Source: Bacteroidota bacterium (lineage in GTDB: Bacteria; Bacteroidota; Bacteroidia; Bacteroidales; Cfx3-03). From it: a stretch of 64,000 bases of DNA. Under the pieces are notes generated by a model. That model saw nothing but the letters and a program-made list of their open reading frames with translations, did no database searches and was not told where the DNA came from. The translations under genes and the position numbers were made by a program. Positions 1 to 9,554 of the stretch are shown in pieces; positions within the stretch are counted from its first letter, which is position 1, and each line of letters opens with the position of its first letter. The DNA is taken from NCBI GenBank assembly GCA_013390605.1, contig JACAUB010000001.1:2302021-2366020 (forward strand), in the 5' to 3' direction.

Positions 1-687
1 CCCGTACCGGGTGATCCAGCTGAAGAGAAATTCCAAAAGAACTCTGATGGAGAACTTTTTTATAAAATAGGTGTAGGAAATGCTGTTATGCCAATGTTCA
101 AAAACGTTCTCTCAGAAGAAGAACGATGGAAATTAGTTGGTTATATTCGTAGCTTTAATAAGAATTACAAACAGCCTCCCCTTGAAATTACAGTTGTAAA
201 TCTTTTGAGTAAAACCGTCAAGCTTTCGATCACTTACAACGAGAAAAATCATCAGATTGCCATACTTGCAAAAGGGAAAGTAAAAAATGATTCTGTGCCC
301 TTAAAGGGTTCTGAAATTATTCTTTATGCTAAACGTTATTTTGGACGATTACAAATAGAGACAGTAAAACAAACAAATCAACAAGGCGCTGTGTTATTTG
401 ATTTTCCGAAGAATCTTCCAGGTGATAAAGCAGGAAATATTGAATTGATAGTTAAAATTAATGATGAGCTCTTTGGTGAAATAACAGTTTCAAGAACATT
501 AAAAATTGGTATCCCTACTAATAAACCAAGTCTCACTGAAAAAAGAGCCATATGGAATGTTAATGCGAAAGCGCCCATTTGGATCTTATTAACCTATACA
601 ATTGGAGTGATAGGAATTTGGGCATTCCTGATCTATATTATTTTCAGCATCTTAAAAATAAAAAAGGCAAGTAAGAAAAACAACTAA
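1..687 (+). CDS. cytochrome c domain protein with C-terminal membrane anchor (5' end outside window)
   Basis: Frame 1 is open from nt 1 (PVPGDPAEEKFQKNSDGELFYKIGVGNAVMPMFKNVLSEEERWKLVGYIRSF), which looks like the C-terminal Met-ligand part of a class I c-type cytochrome. The heme CxxCH would lie upstream of the window. C-terminal TM helix WILLTYTIGVIGIWAFLIYIIFSIL. Heads the cox cluster. Confidence 0.6.
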   Translation, partial: PVPGDPAEEKFQKNSDGELFYKIGVGNAVMPMFKNVLSEEERWKLVGYIRSFNKNYKQPPLEITVVNLLSKTVKLSITYNEKNHQIAILAKGKVKNDSVPLKGSEIILYAKRYFGRLQIETVKQTNQQGAVLFDFPKNLPGDKAGNIELIVKINDELFGEITVSRTLKIGIPTNKPSLTEKRAIWNVNAKAPIWILLTYTIGVIGIWAFLIYIIFSILKIKKASKKNN

Positions 688-697
688 ACTCAAGAAT

Positions 698-1078
698 ATG
701 AAAAATCTAGCAACCTTTGGACGCATTCTTTTTGGCCTTCCTTTTGGAATTATTGGTCTAAACCATTTTTTAATGAAAGATGTCTTTTTGGGAATGATGT
801 CATCATTCGTTCCTGGAGGAGGATTTACCATTATGCTTACCGGTGTTATCCTGATTTTAGCATCCATCAGCATTATTATTAATAAATATGTTGTTATAAC
901 CTGCTATTCGCTTGCTTCACTACTATTGCTATTTATTATTACCATTCATATTCCCGGATTATTTGATCCAAAACAATTTGAATTAGCACTAATTGAATTA
1001 CTTAAAGATACCGGGTTGATGGGTGGAGCACTAATGATCGCTGCCTATTACCGAACACAAAACGCGAAATCAGAATAA
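698..1078 (+). CDS. DoxX-family small membrane protein
   Basis: 126 aa, about 4 hydrophobic helices, N-terminal FGRILFGLPFGIIGLNHF resembles DoxX. Tightly packed in the cox cluster. Confidence 0.6.
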   Translation: MKNLATFGRILFGLPFGIIGLNHFLMKDVFLGMMSSFVPGGGFTIMLTGVILILASISIIINKYVVITCYSLASLLLLFIITIHIPGLFDPKQFELALIELLKDTGLMGGALMIAAYYRTQNAKSE

Positions 1079-1081
1079 CCC

Positions 1082-1858
1082 ATGAATAAAAAAATAGTTA
1101 CTCTTTTCCTTTTAATTGGATTCTTCAATTTTTGCTTTGCGCAGGAGACAATTGATAAGAAAAATGAGATTGGGGTTACAGAACATCTGGGAAAAAATAT
1201 TCCGCTTGACCTTAAATTTGCCAGAGAAACAGGCGATTCGGTTACGCTGAAACAGATTGTGAATAAACCAACCATTGTTATTTTCGTCTATTTCGACTGT
1301 ACGTCATTGTGTATTCCGCTCATGCAGGGTGTATGCCAGGTAGTTAAGCAAACTGATCTGAAACTGGGAAAGGATTATCAGATTGTAACAATCAGTCTTG
1401 ATCCTGCAGATACTCCGGATAAAGCTTTTCGATCAAAAGCATCCATAACACAATCGTTGAGTAAAGAGCAAAAGGATGGATGGATTTATCTTACGTCGAG
1501 TGACTCTACCATCCAAAAAATGATACATAGCGTTGGCTATAATATTAAAGCGGTTGGAATGGAATTTATTCATCCGGCAGCTATTGTTATTGTCAGTCCT
1601 AAAGGAAAAATCACTCGTTATTTATATGGGATGACCTATCTTCCTTTTGATATTAAGATGGCTATCTCTGAAGCAAATAAAGAGCTCTCAAGACCCACTA
1701 TTCAAAAAATATTGCTCTATTGCTTTAGTTACGACCCCGATGGAAAACGTTATACATTAGAAGTAACAAGAGTAGCAGGAACAATCATTGTCTTTATTCT
1801 AATCATATTTTTTATCGTTTTAATCGTCAAGAGAAAAAAGAATAAGAATGGCAAATAA
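1082..1858 (+). CDS. SCO1/SenC-family copper chaperone
   Basis: N-terminal signal/anchor, thioredoxin-like CxxxC (FDCTSLC) and downstream His (EFIHP), C-terminal TM. Overlaps coxI by 11 nt. Confidence 0.8.
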   Translation: MNKKIVTLFLLIGFFNFCFAQETIDKKNEIGVTEHLGKNIPLDLKFARETGDSVTLKQIVNKPTIVIFVYFDCTSLCIPLMQGVCQVVKQTDLKLGKDYQIVTISLDPADTPDKAFRSKASITQSLSKEQKDGWIYLTSSDSTIQKMIHSVGYNIKAVGMEFIHPAAIVIVSPKGKITRYLYGMTYLPFDIKMAISEANKELSRPTIQKILLYCFSYDPDGKRYTLEVTRVAGTIIVFILIIFFIVLIVKRKKNKNGK

Positions 1859-3458
1859 TATAGAACAGACTGATTATGTGAGTTATCTTGATTACCAAGG
1901 TAAACACAAAGGAATTTTTGCATGGATATTAGCGACTGACCATAAGCGGATTGGATTGCTCTATATGTATGCTATAGCCTCATTTTTCTTTATTGGGGCA
2001 ATATTGGGATTATTAATGCGGATTGAGTTAATTGCCCCCGGTGAAACCATCATGAAGCCACAAACGTATAATGGAATCTTTACGGTACATGGTATCATTA
2101 TGATCTTTATGGTTGTAATTCCCGGATTATCTGTTGTATTTGGAAATCTCTTTATGCCTATTTTAATTGGCGCCAGAGATGTTGCTTTTCCCCGACTCAA
2201 CCTTTTTTCGTGGTGGATATACATATTAGGATGTGTAATGGCTGTCTCTTCACAGTTTCTTCGCCAAGGACCTCCTGATACTGGATGGACATTTTATGCT
2301 CCTTACAGTATTTCTACCGGAACCAATGTAATAATGGCTACCGCAGCAGCTTTTGTCTTAGGCTTTTCCTCCATTTTAACCGGGTTAAACTTTATCGTCA
2401 CCATTCACCGGTTACGAGCTCCCGGTATGGGATATTTTAGAATGCCCCTTTTCGTTTGGTCGCTTTATGCCACAGCCTGGATTCAACTATTGGCAACTCC
2501 TATTGTTGGGATTACCTTACTCATGTTAATTGCCGAACGTGTTTTCAATATTGGTTTTTTTGACCCCGCCTTAGGTGGTGATCCAGTTCTGTTTCAACAT
2601 CTATTTTGGATCTATTCGCATCCTGCAGTCTACATTATGATTCTTCCGGCTATGGGGGTAATCACTGAAATAATACCAACCTTCTCTCAACGAAAAGTAT
2701 ATGGATATAAGGCTGTTGCCTTCTCCAGTTTGGCTATTGCAGGTGTAGGGTTTCTGGTTTGGGGACATCATATGTTCACTTCAGGAATGAGCAATACAGC
2801 ATTATGGTTTTTCAGCCTATTAACATTTATTGTTGCTGTACCAAGTGCAATAAAAGTATTTAACTGGGTTGCAACAATGTATAAGGGGTCAATAGATTTA
2901 AAGCCCCCAATGCTTTATGCACTGTCATTTATTTTCCTATTTATGATTGGTGGACTATCTGGTTTAGTCTTAGGTTCCTTAGCTACTGATGTTCATGTTC
3001 ACGACACATCATTTGTTGTAGCACATTTTCATTACATTGTTTTTGGTGGAATGGGATTTGCATTTTTTGCAGCCATCCATTATTGGCTTCCCAAAATATA
3101 TGGAAGAATGTATAACTTTAAATGGGCTAATATTGCATGGGCTGTTATTTTCGTCGGGTTTAATGTTTTGTATTTTCCGCTCTTTATTATAGGTATGCAA
3201 GGAATGCCTCGCCGTTATTATGACTACCTTCCACAATTCCAAACAGGACATGTTATATCAACGATAGGTGCTTTTATGTTAATCATCGGGTTCATCATGA
3301 TGGTTGTCAATCTGATAAACGGAGCACGTAATGGTGCAAAAGCGCCAGCCAATCCGTGGAATGGAAACACACTTGAATGGAAAATTCCATCGCCTCCCCC
3401 ACATGAAAACTTTGATCAGATTCCTGTAATTACGGAAGATCCATATAATTATTTATAG
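1848..3458 (+). CDS. ctaD: cytochrome c oxidase subunit I (heme-copper oxidase, A2-type)
   Basis: 536 aa, 12 TM. Motifs GARDVAFPRLN, LFWIYSHPAVYIMILP (YS-HPAV instead of GHPEV), HHMF, VAHFHY. Confidence 0.97.
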   Translation: MANNIEQTDYVSYLDYQGKHKGIFAWILATDHKRIGLLYMYAIASFFFIGAILGLLMRIELIAPGETIMKPQTYNGIFTVHGIIMIFMVVIPGLSVVFGNLFMPILIGARDVAFPRLNLFSWWIYILGCVMAVSSQFLRQGPPDTGWTFYAPYSISTGTNVIMATAAAFVLGFSSILTGLNFIVTIHRLRAPGMGYFRMPLFVWSLYATAWIQLLATPIVGITLLMLIAERVFNIGFFDPALGGDPVLFQHLFWIYSHPAVYIMILPAMGVITEIIPTFSQRKVYGYKAVAFSSLAIAGVGFLVWGHHMFTSGMSNTALWFFSLLTFIVAVPSAIKVFNWVATMYKGSIDLKPPMLYALSFIFLFMIGGLSGLVLGSLATDVHVHDTSFVVAHFHYIVFGGMGFAFFAAIHYWLPKIYGRMYNFKWANIAWAVIFVGFNVLYFPLFIIGMQGMPRRYYDYLPQFQTGHVISTIGAFMLIIGFIMMVVNLINGARNGAKAPANPWNGNTLEWKIPSPPPHENFDQIPVITEDPYNYL

Positions 3459-3472
3459 AAATAACAGCATTT

Positions 3473-4090
3473 ATGGAAAACCATTCTAACCATATTGAGG
3501 AACCACGTGATGACTATGCAGCTAAACTAGGAATGTGGTTATTCATCTTCACTGAGTTATTGCTATTTGGAGGATTATTCCTTGTATATTCTATTTTCAG
3601 GTTTAAATTTCCAGTTCAGTTTCATCAGGCCTCTCTTGAACTTAATGTAATAATTGGTGCGGCTAATACAGTAATTCTGCTGGTAAGCAGTATGACTGTT
3701 GCCATGTCGTTATCGGCTTTACAAAAAAACAATAAAAAATTAGCCAAAATTCTTTTGCTAATAACGGTTTTCTGTGCACTACTTTTTTTAGTTAACAAAT
3801 ACTTTGAATGGGGTGTTAAATTTGAAGAAGGACTTTATCCTGGTTCTGATCTGATGCTTCAATTAGAACATGGATCGTTACTTTATTTCAGTCTCTACTT
3901 TTTTATGACAGGACTCCATGCGTTACATATCATCATTGGTATGATCATTCTTTTGGTAGCCTATTTTAAAATAAATAGTGGACAAGTTAATATAGATAAG
4001 TATGCATTATTGGAAAATGGAGCATTATATTGGCATCTTGTCGATTTAATCTGGATCTTCCTCTTCCCGTTACTTTATCTTATTTCGTAA
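3473..4090 (+). CDS. ctaE: cytochrome c oxidase subunit III
   Basis: 205 aa polytopic protein with a typical subunit III C-terminus (YWHLVDLIWIFLFPLLY). Confidence 0.9.
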   Translation: MENHSNHIEEPRDDYAAKLGMWLFIFTELLLFGGLFLVYSIFRFKFPVQFHQASLELNVIIGAANTVILLVSSMTVAMSLSALQKNNKKLAKILLLITVFCALLFLVNKYFEWGVKFEEGLYPGSDLMLQLEHGSLLYFSLYFFMTGLHALHIIIGMIILLVAYFKINSGQVNIDKYALLENGALYWHLVDLIWIFLFPLLYLIS

Positions 4091-4128
4091 GTCTCAATAA
4101 AAATGATCATCCATAAAAAGCAATCAAC

Positions 4129-4416
4129 ATGACGCACAAAGATTCACCGCACATTTCCGATTATAAAACACTGGGGATTGTATTGCTTGTTTTACTTTTT
4201 CTCACTTTTACTACCATTGAGGTTACTTCTTTTCATCTGATGGCTGCCACTGTTTTGGTAGCACTTTTAATTGCAGGTGTAAAAGGATATATTGTATTAA
4301 CCTATTTTATGCATCTCAAGTATGAAGGCCTACTCTTACGCATTCTCGTAAGTGCCGTTTTTGTATTATATGCTGTTATAGTTATTATTACGTTCTTCGA
4401 TTATTTGTACCGATAA
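4129..4416 (+). CDS. cytochrome c oxidase subunit IV-like small membrane protein
   Basis: 95 aa, 3 TM helices, in the position of prokaryotic COX4 within the cox operon. Confidence 0.65.
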   Translation: MTHKDSPHISDYKTLGIVLLVLLFLTFTTIEVTSFHLMAATVLVALLIAGVKGYIVLTYFMHLKYEGLLLRILVSAVFVLYAVIVIITFFDYLYR

Positions 4417-4422
4417 ATAAAC

Positions 4423-5352
4423 TTGGTTATGTTTTCAAATGCCTCTAATTTTACCCAGGGTGTTGATACGGCATTCCTGATTATTCTTGCAATATCATTC
4501 TTCTTTCTTATTGGTATTACAGTTTTAATGATCTATTTTGTAATAAAATACAATATAAAGAAGAACCATCCTGCTGTCCAGATCAAAGATAATCCTTGGG
4601 TAGAAGTAACCTGGACAACAATTCCAGTGATATTGGTTTTACTTATGTTCTATTATGGATATGTTGCATATCTTCCGATGAAAACACCACCAAAAGATGC
4701 CATGCAGATTACAGTAATTGGCAAAATGTGGAAATGGGCTTTCGAATATAAAGGCGGTAAACAGAGTGATACACTTTATGTTCCTATCAATAAAGCCATA
4801 AAGCTTAATCTTGTGTCAGAAGATGTTTTACATGGTTTTTATGTTCCTGCTTTTAGAATAAAAGACGATGTTGTCCCTGGTAAAGCTAACTATTCATGGT
4901 TTGTTGCACAGCAGCTTGGTGATTACGAAATTCTTTGTTCCTCCTATTGTGGCATTATGCATTCATATATGGGTACGAATATAAAAGTTGTGCCGGAACC
5001 TTTTTTTAATAATTGGCTGGCAAAACTACCTGTCAAGAAAGTAGTAAAAGATAATGCTGGATTAGCCATAATCCAAAAGAACGGATGTCTGGCATGCCAT
5101 TCACTGGACGGGACAAAGATACTCGGTCCATCATTTAAAGGGCTATACGGCTCTAAAATCGATGTTATAACAAATGGTAGTACTCATAAGATTGTTGTTG
5201 ACGATGAGTATATTAAAACATCTATTCTTGAACCAAACAAAGACATTGCTGCTGGATTTAATCCGGGAATTATGAAAGCTTATGGAACTAAAATCAAGCC
5301 TCAGGACATCCAGAAGATCTCAAACTATTTAAAATCGATGAATGCAAAATAA
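4423..5352 (+). CDS. ctaC: cytochrome c oxidase subunit II with fused C-terminal cytochrome c (caa3 type)
   Basis: Two N-terminal TM helices, CuA centre H...CSSYCGIMHSYM, C-terminal heme c motif CLACH. The listed start 4423 is TTG; an ATG follows at 4429. Confidence 0.92.
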   Translation: MVMFSNASNFTQGVDTAFLIILAISFFFLIGITVLMIYFVIKYNIKKNHPAVQIKDNPWVEVTWTTIPVILVLLMFYYGYVAYLPMKTPPKDAMQITVIGKMWKWAFEYKGGKQSDTLYVPINKAIKLNLVSEDVLHGFYVPAFRIKDDVVPGKANYSWFVAQQLGDYEILCSSYCGIMHSYMGTNIKVVPEPFFNNWLAKLPVKKVVKDNAGLAIIQKNGCLACHSLDGTKILGPSFKGLYGSKIDVITNGSTHKIVVDDEYIKTSILEPNKDIAAGFNPGIMKAYGTKIKPQDIQKISNYLKSMNAK

Positions 5353-6223
5353 AAAGATCTCTGATTTCATCAATATAATTGCTGAATTGATGAAGTACAA
5401 AGTATCGCTTGCGGTAACTTTTACAACAGCTATTGGATATCTTGTTTATGCAGGATCATTTGATCTTAAACTTCTGTATGCTGTAATCGGTGTATTTCTG
5501 TTATCGGGAGGAGCTAGTGCGCTAAACGAAATACAAGAAAGAAAGTATGATATAAAAATGATCAGAACCCGAAACCGACCTATTCCTTCCAATAGAATAT
5601 CTCCGCTGAGGGCACTATTTATTGCTTTCGTTCTTATCATCGCCGGATCAGCTTTTCTTTTATCAACGAATAACACTTCGGCTTTATATCTTGGTCTGTT
5701 TAATATTATCTGGTATAATGGTGTTTACACTTATCTGAAAAGAGTAACTCCGTTTGCTGTTGTTCCCGGATCACTAACCGGTGCTGTACCTGCATTCATA
5801 GGATGGACTGCAGCTGGTGGATATCTGCTCGATCCCAAAATCATCTTAATTGGTTTTTTCCTCTTTATATGGCAAGTTCCTCATTTCTGGTTTTTACTAT
5901 TAAAATATGGAAAAGAATATGAAGAAGCCGGATTTCCAGCAATCAGTACAATACTACCACCGCAAAATTTAAAATTCATTACTTATATATGGGTCATTGC
6001 TACTTCTATCACCACACTAATGTTCCCCCTTTTTCATTTCTTTGAATCAGGTACGCTGTATACATTGGTATTCTTATTAAATATCTGGTTAGTAATAACC
6101 TTTACTCAACTTACCTTTAATATAAAAATTGGAATCAACTTTAAAAGAACCTTTGCAACAATAAATGTTTTTATGCTGATTATAATGTTGTTACTGGCAG
6201 TCGAAGCAATTACATTAAGATAA
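5342..6223 (+). CDS. cyoE: protoheme IX farnesyltransferase (heme O synthase)
   Basis: UbiA-type polytopic prenyltransferase with motif LNEIQERKYDIKMIRTRNRPIPS. Overlaps coxII by 11 nt. Confidence 0.92.
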   Translation: MQNKKISDFINIIAELMKYKVSLAVTFTTAIGYLVYAGSFDLKLLYAVIGVFLLSGGASALNEIQERKYDIKMIRTRNRPIPSNRISPLRALFIAFVLIIAGSAFLLSTNNTSALYLGLFNIIWYNGVYTYLKRVTPFAVVPGSLTGAVPAFIGWTAAGGYLLDPKIILIGFFLFIWQVPHFWFLLLKYGKEYEEAGFPAISTILPPQNLKFITYIWVIATSITTLMFPLFHFFESGTLYTLVFLLNIWLVITFTQLTFNIKIGINFKRTFATINVFMLIIMLLLAVEAITLR

Positions 6224-6240
6224 AGTATACGCTATAAAGC

Positions 6241-6276
6241 AAAAGAGCGGGGTTCTAATCAGAACCCCGCTCTTTT
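6241..6276. terminator. bidirectional intrinsic terminator between convergent cox and nuo units
   Basis: Perfect 16-bp stem AAAAGAGCGGGGTTCT / AGAACCCCGCTCTTTT with loop AATC. The A/T runs are part of the arms, so it reads as a terminator on both strands. Confidence 0.85.
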
Positions 6277-6282
6277 GCTTTA

Positions 6283-6591
6283 TTAATCAGCCTTATAATC
6301 AAAATAGAATTCTCCGGTTGGCTCCTTTTGATACCAGATAGCTGGTGTAACCAGTTTCCCATCAAGATTCTTTAGAACCCGCCCATAAAGGGCATGGATT
6401 GGGTTAAAAATAACATTGGTAACGCCTAATGTAAAGAGTCCATCGCCATCAGATTTAACGACTACCTCCATTCCATTAAATTCCAAAATCGCTTTTAGAA
6501 AAGCTGTTCTTTCGGTAGTAGCTTTTTTTTCAATAACTGAGCAGCGAATACCATTAATTTCTTCTACAATATGATGTGGATTGATTGCCAT
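6283..6591 (-). CDS. hypothetical protein, last gene of the nuo transcription unit
   Basis: 102-aa ORF starting 7 nt downstream of the nuoN stop on the same strand and followed by the 6241-6276 terminator. No TM helix and no recognisable motif. Confidence 0.6.
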   Translation of the reverse strand: MAINPHHIVEEINGIRCSVIEKKATTERTAFLKAILEFNGMEVVVKSDGDGLFTLGVTNVIFNPIHALYGRVLKNLDGKLVTPAIWYQKEPTGEFYFDYKAD

Positions 6592-6597
6592 GATTCA

Positions 6598-8019
6598 TTA
6601 TTTTAAATATATTCCAAAACTCAAAGAATCAATATATTGATATACTGAAGGAATAAATCCGATAACCAATAGCCCAATAACACAAATAATTAGTGCTGTA
6701 GTAAGAGGCCATTCTCTTTTTATGGGTTCTATCGTCTCCTCAGCCTGATCTATAAACATCGTCTTTACAACACGTAAATAATTATAGAGCGAAAGTACAA
6801 GATTGGCAGCAGCAATGGCAAGCAGAATATACAATCCATTTCCCATCCCTGAAGTAAGCAGAAAGAGTTTGCCAAAGAATCCTGCCGTTGGAGGAATACC
6901 TGCCAAAGAGAAAAGACTCAATGCAAATACCAATGCAAGAAAAGGATTGGACTTATATAATCCCTTATATGATGAAAGGTTTTCTTTTCCGGTAGCATCA
7001 GCAATAGCTCCAATAACACCAAATGATGCAATATTACTTAAAAGATAGATGAGAACGAAATAGATAGAAGCAGTTGTACCAGCCTGCGAAGCACCTGCAA
7101 TACCCACCAACACAAAACCAACCTGCGAAATCGATGAGAAGGCCAATAAACGCTTTACATTCTGCTGACGCATAGCAAATAGATTTCCCACCGTCATACT
7201 TAGTACCGAAAGAATGGTGATTTCATATAACCAGGCTCCTTTTAATGCGCTAAATAAGACATATAATACACTGATGAAAACAAATATTACCGATCCTTTA
7301 GAAATAACAGATAAGTAGTTGGTAACGCCTACCGGTGAACCCTCATAGACATCAGCAGTCCAAAGATGGAATGGTACAATCGACATCTTGAATGCAAAAC
7401 CTGCCAAAATAAAAGTAAAGGCATATAATGTTAGCGGATTGGGTTGTATTACAGCAATAATATGTTCAAAACTAAGGTTTCCAACAGCGCCATACAACAA
7501 CGATATTCCAAAGAGAAGAATTCCTGATGAGAATGCAGATGAAAGAATAAGTTTAATTGCAGCTTCTGATGAATTTCTTTGTGTTTTGTTGAAGTTTGCT
7601 AATGCCGCAACAGGAATGGTTGACATCTCGAGTCCAAGATAAAGCATTAAAACATGACCACTCGAAAGCATAACAAATGCGCCTAATAAACTACTGAGCA
7701 ATAAGATATAAAACTCTATTCTGTTTTTATTCCCCGAGAGCCATGTAGTTGAGGTAAAAGAGATCAAGAGTACACCAAAGTTCAAAATATTCTTTTCCAA
7801 TACGATCAATTCCGTCGTCTGAAAGAAATTATTAAACAGTGTTCCATCAAGCATGGGGAACAACCCAATCAGAAAATTTATCAGAAGTAAGATATTGATA
7901 CCATTCATAAACATGGGTACCCTATCATCGGCATCGTTTAGTTTTAAGACTAACAGTAAGAAGATAATCAATGCGATGATCCCCTCAAACCGTAAATACA
8001 TAATAGATTCCAAACTCAT
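6598..8019 (-). CDS. nuoN: NADH-quinone oxidoreductase subunit N
   Basis: 473-aa polytopic antiporter-like subunit at the last position of the nuo order. Confidence 0.93.
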   Translation of the reverse strand: MSLESIMYLRFEGIIALIIFLLLVLKLNDADDRVPMFMNGINILLLINFLIGLFPMLDGTLFNNFFQTTELIVLEKNILNFGVLLISFTSTTWLSGNKNRIEFYILLLSSLLGAFVMLSSGHVLMLYLGLEMSTIPVAALANFNKTQRNSSEAAIKLILSSAFSSGILLFGISLLYGAVGNLSFEHIIAVIQPNPLTLYAFTFILAGFAFKMSIVPFHLWTADVYEGSPVGVTNYLSVISKGSVIFVFISVLYVLFSALKGAWLYEITILSVLSMTVGNLFAMRQQNVKRLLAFSSISQVGFVLVGIAGASQAGTTASIYFVLIYLLSNIASFGVIGAIADATGKENLSSYKGLYKSNPFLALVFALSLFSLAGIPPTAGFFGKLFLLTSGMGNGLYILLAIAAANLVLSLYNYLRVVKTMFIDQAEETIEPIKREWPLTTALIICVIGLLVIGFIPSVYQYIDSLSFGIYLK

Positions 8020-8038
8020 AACTTATACGTTAACAGGT

Positions 8039-9544
8039 TTATAAGGCAAATGCCGCTGAATAAATTTTATTAAATATGGTAATCGAATCATTCTGAATTA
8101 ACTGGATCAACCAGAAAGGAAATACCCCGATAAAAACGACTCCTGCAATCAGTAATATTGAAGCTGCACGTTCACTCCAGCTGGCATCTTTAAATTTAAG
8201 ATGTTCTTTATTTTGAATAGAACCCCAGATAGCTAAACCAATAGCACGCAGAATATAGACTGCTGTTACAACAATTGAAGCACATGCCAGGATAGTAGCA
8301 ACGCGATAGAATACGCCTGTTTGCTCCCATGCACCTACAAAAATAGTCATCTCCGAAACAAAACCACTAAAACCAGGTAGACCTAATGAGGTTAAACCAG
8401 CTATAATAAATGCCGTTCCAATAAAAGGGACTTGTTTTAACATTCCACCTAGCTCATTGGCCTGACGTGTATGGGCTCTGTCATAAATCATCCCAATGGC
8501 AGCAAAAAACAGGGCTGTCATAATACCATGTGAAACCATCTGCATCACTGCACCCATGATGGCTGCTTTGGTTAACATTGCAATACCCAGGATTACAAAA
8601 CCGCAGTGGCTTACCGAAGAGTATGCATTCATATATTTGAGATCCTTTTGCATCATCGTAGCAAAAGCACCATAAATAATCATGATAGAAGCAAGAATGA
8701 TAAAAATCCAGGAGAGCTCTCTGGCAGCATCGGGCAATAAATAGGTAGCAACGCGCAGACATCCGTACCCGCCTAACTTCATTGAAATCCCGGCCAGAAA
8801 CATGGATGCTGCCGTGGGAGCTGATGAGTGACCATCAGGTGCCCAGGTATGAAAAGGGAACAGAGCAGTAAATACGCCAAAACCAGTGAATAGCAATATA
8901 TATAAAACACGCTGTGTCTCTATTGGAAGTTTCAAATGTGCCAATTGCAACAAATTCCATGTTGGAACACCAAAAGCAGCTGAAGCATAATACAATCCTA
9001 CAATTCCTAAAAACACTAATGCCGATCCAAACATCAACATTAATGCAAGTTTCATGGCGCTGTATTCTTTCTTACCACTTCCCCAAATGCCAATCAAAAG
9101 ATATTTCGGTATCACCGCGAGTTCTAAAAAGAAGAAAAGCATAAACAGGTCTGTAGAGATAAAAAAGCCAAAAGCTCCCAAACTCAAAAAGATGATCAAA
9201 AAGAAGAATTCTTTTACCTGAAATACGATTTTCCACGAAACCAGTATGCCTGCAACAACAACCATAGCTGTTAAGAGAATCATTGTCAATGAAATTCCAT
9301 CAACACCCATACTGAAGAAAATATGCAAAGGCGAAAACCACTTTATGGTTGACTGAAAAAGCATATCACCAGTGACACCAGCTTTTCTCAAACTCAAATA
9401 CAATAGGGTAATCCAAACAGAAACACCCAGCTGCAAAACGCTACCCAACAAGGCAATCAATTTAATAGTCTGATCTTTTTTAGAGATCAGGATACCAATT
9501 GCAGTTACAAGCGGTATAAGTATTAATAATGATAAGATATTCAT
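8039..9544 (-). CDS. nuoM: NADH-quinone oxidoreductase subunit M
   Basis: 501-aa antiporter-like subunit (HTWAPDGHSSAPTAASMFLAG), positioned between L and N. Confidence 0.93.
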   Translation of the reverse strand: MNILSLLILIPLVTAIGILISKKDQTIKLIALLGSVLQLGVSVWITLLYLSLRKAGVTGDMLFQSTIKWFSPLHIFFSMGVDGISLTMILLTAMVVVAGILVSWKIVFQVKEFFFLIIFLSLGAFGFFISTDLFMLFFFLELAVIPKYLLIGIWGSGKKEYSAMKLALMLMFGSALVFLGIVGLYYASAAFGVPTWNLLQLAHLKLPIETQRVLYILLFTGFGVFTALFPFHTWAPDGHSSAPTAASMFLAGISMKLGGYGCLRVATYLLPDAARELSWIFIILASIMIIYGAFATMMQKDLKYMNAYSSVSHCGFVILGIAMLTKAAIMGAVMQMVSHGIMTALFFAAIGMIYDRAHTRQANELGGMLKQVPFIGTAFIIAGLTSLGLPGFSGFVSEMTIFVGAWEQTGVFYRVATILACASIVVTAVYILRAIGLAIWGSIQNKEHLKFKDASWSERAASILLIAGVVFIGVFPFWLIQLIQNDSITIFNKIYSAAFAL

Positions 9545-9554
9545 TATCTTTAAT

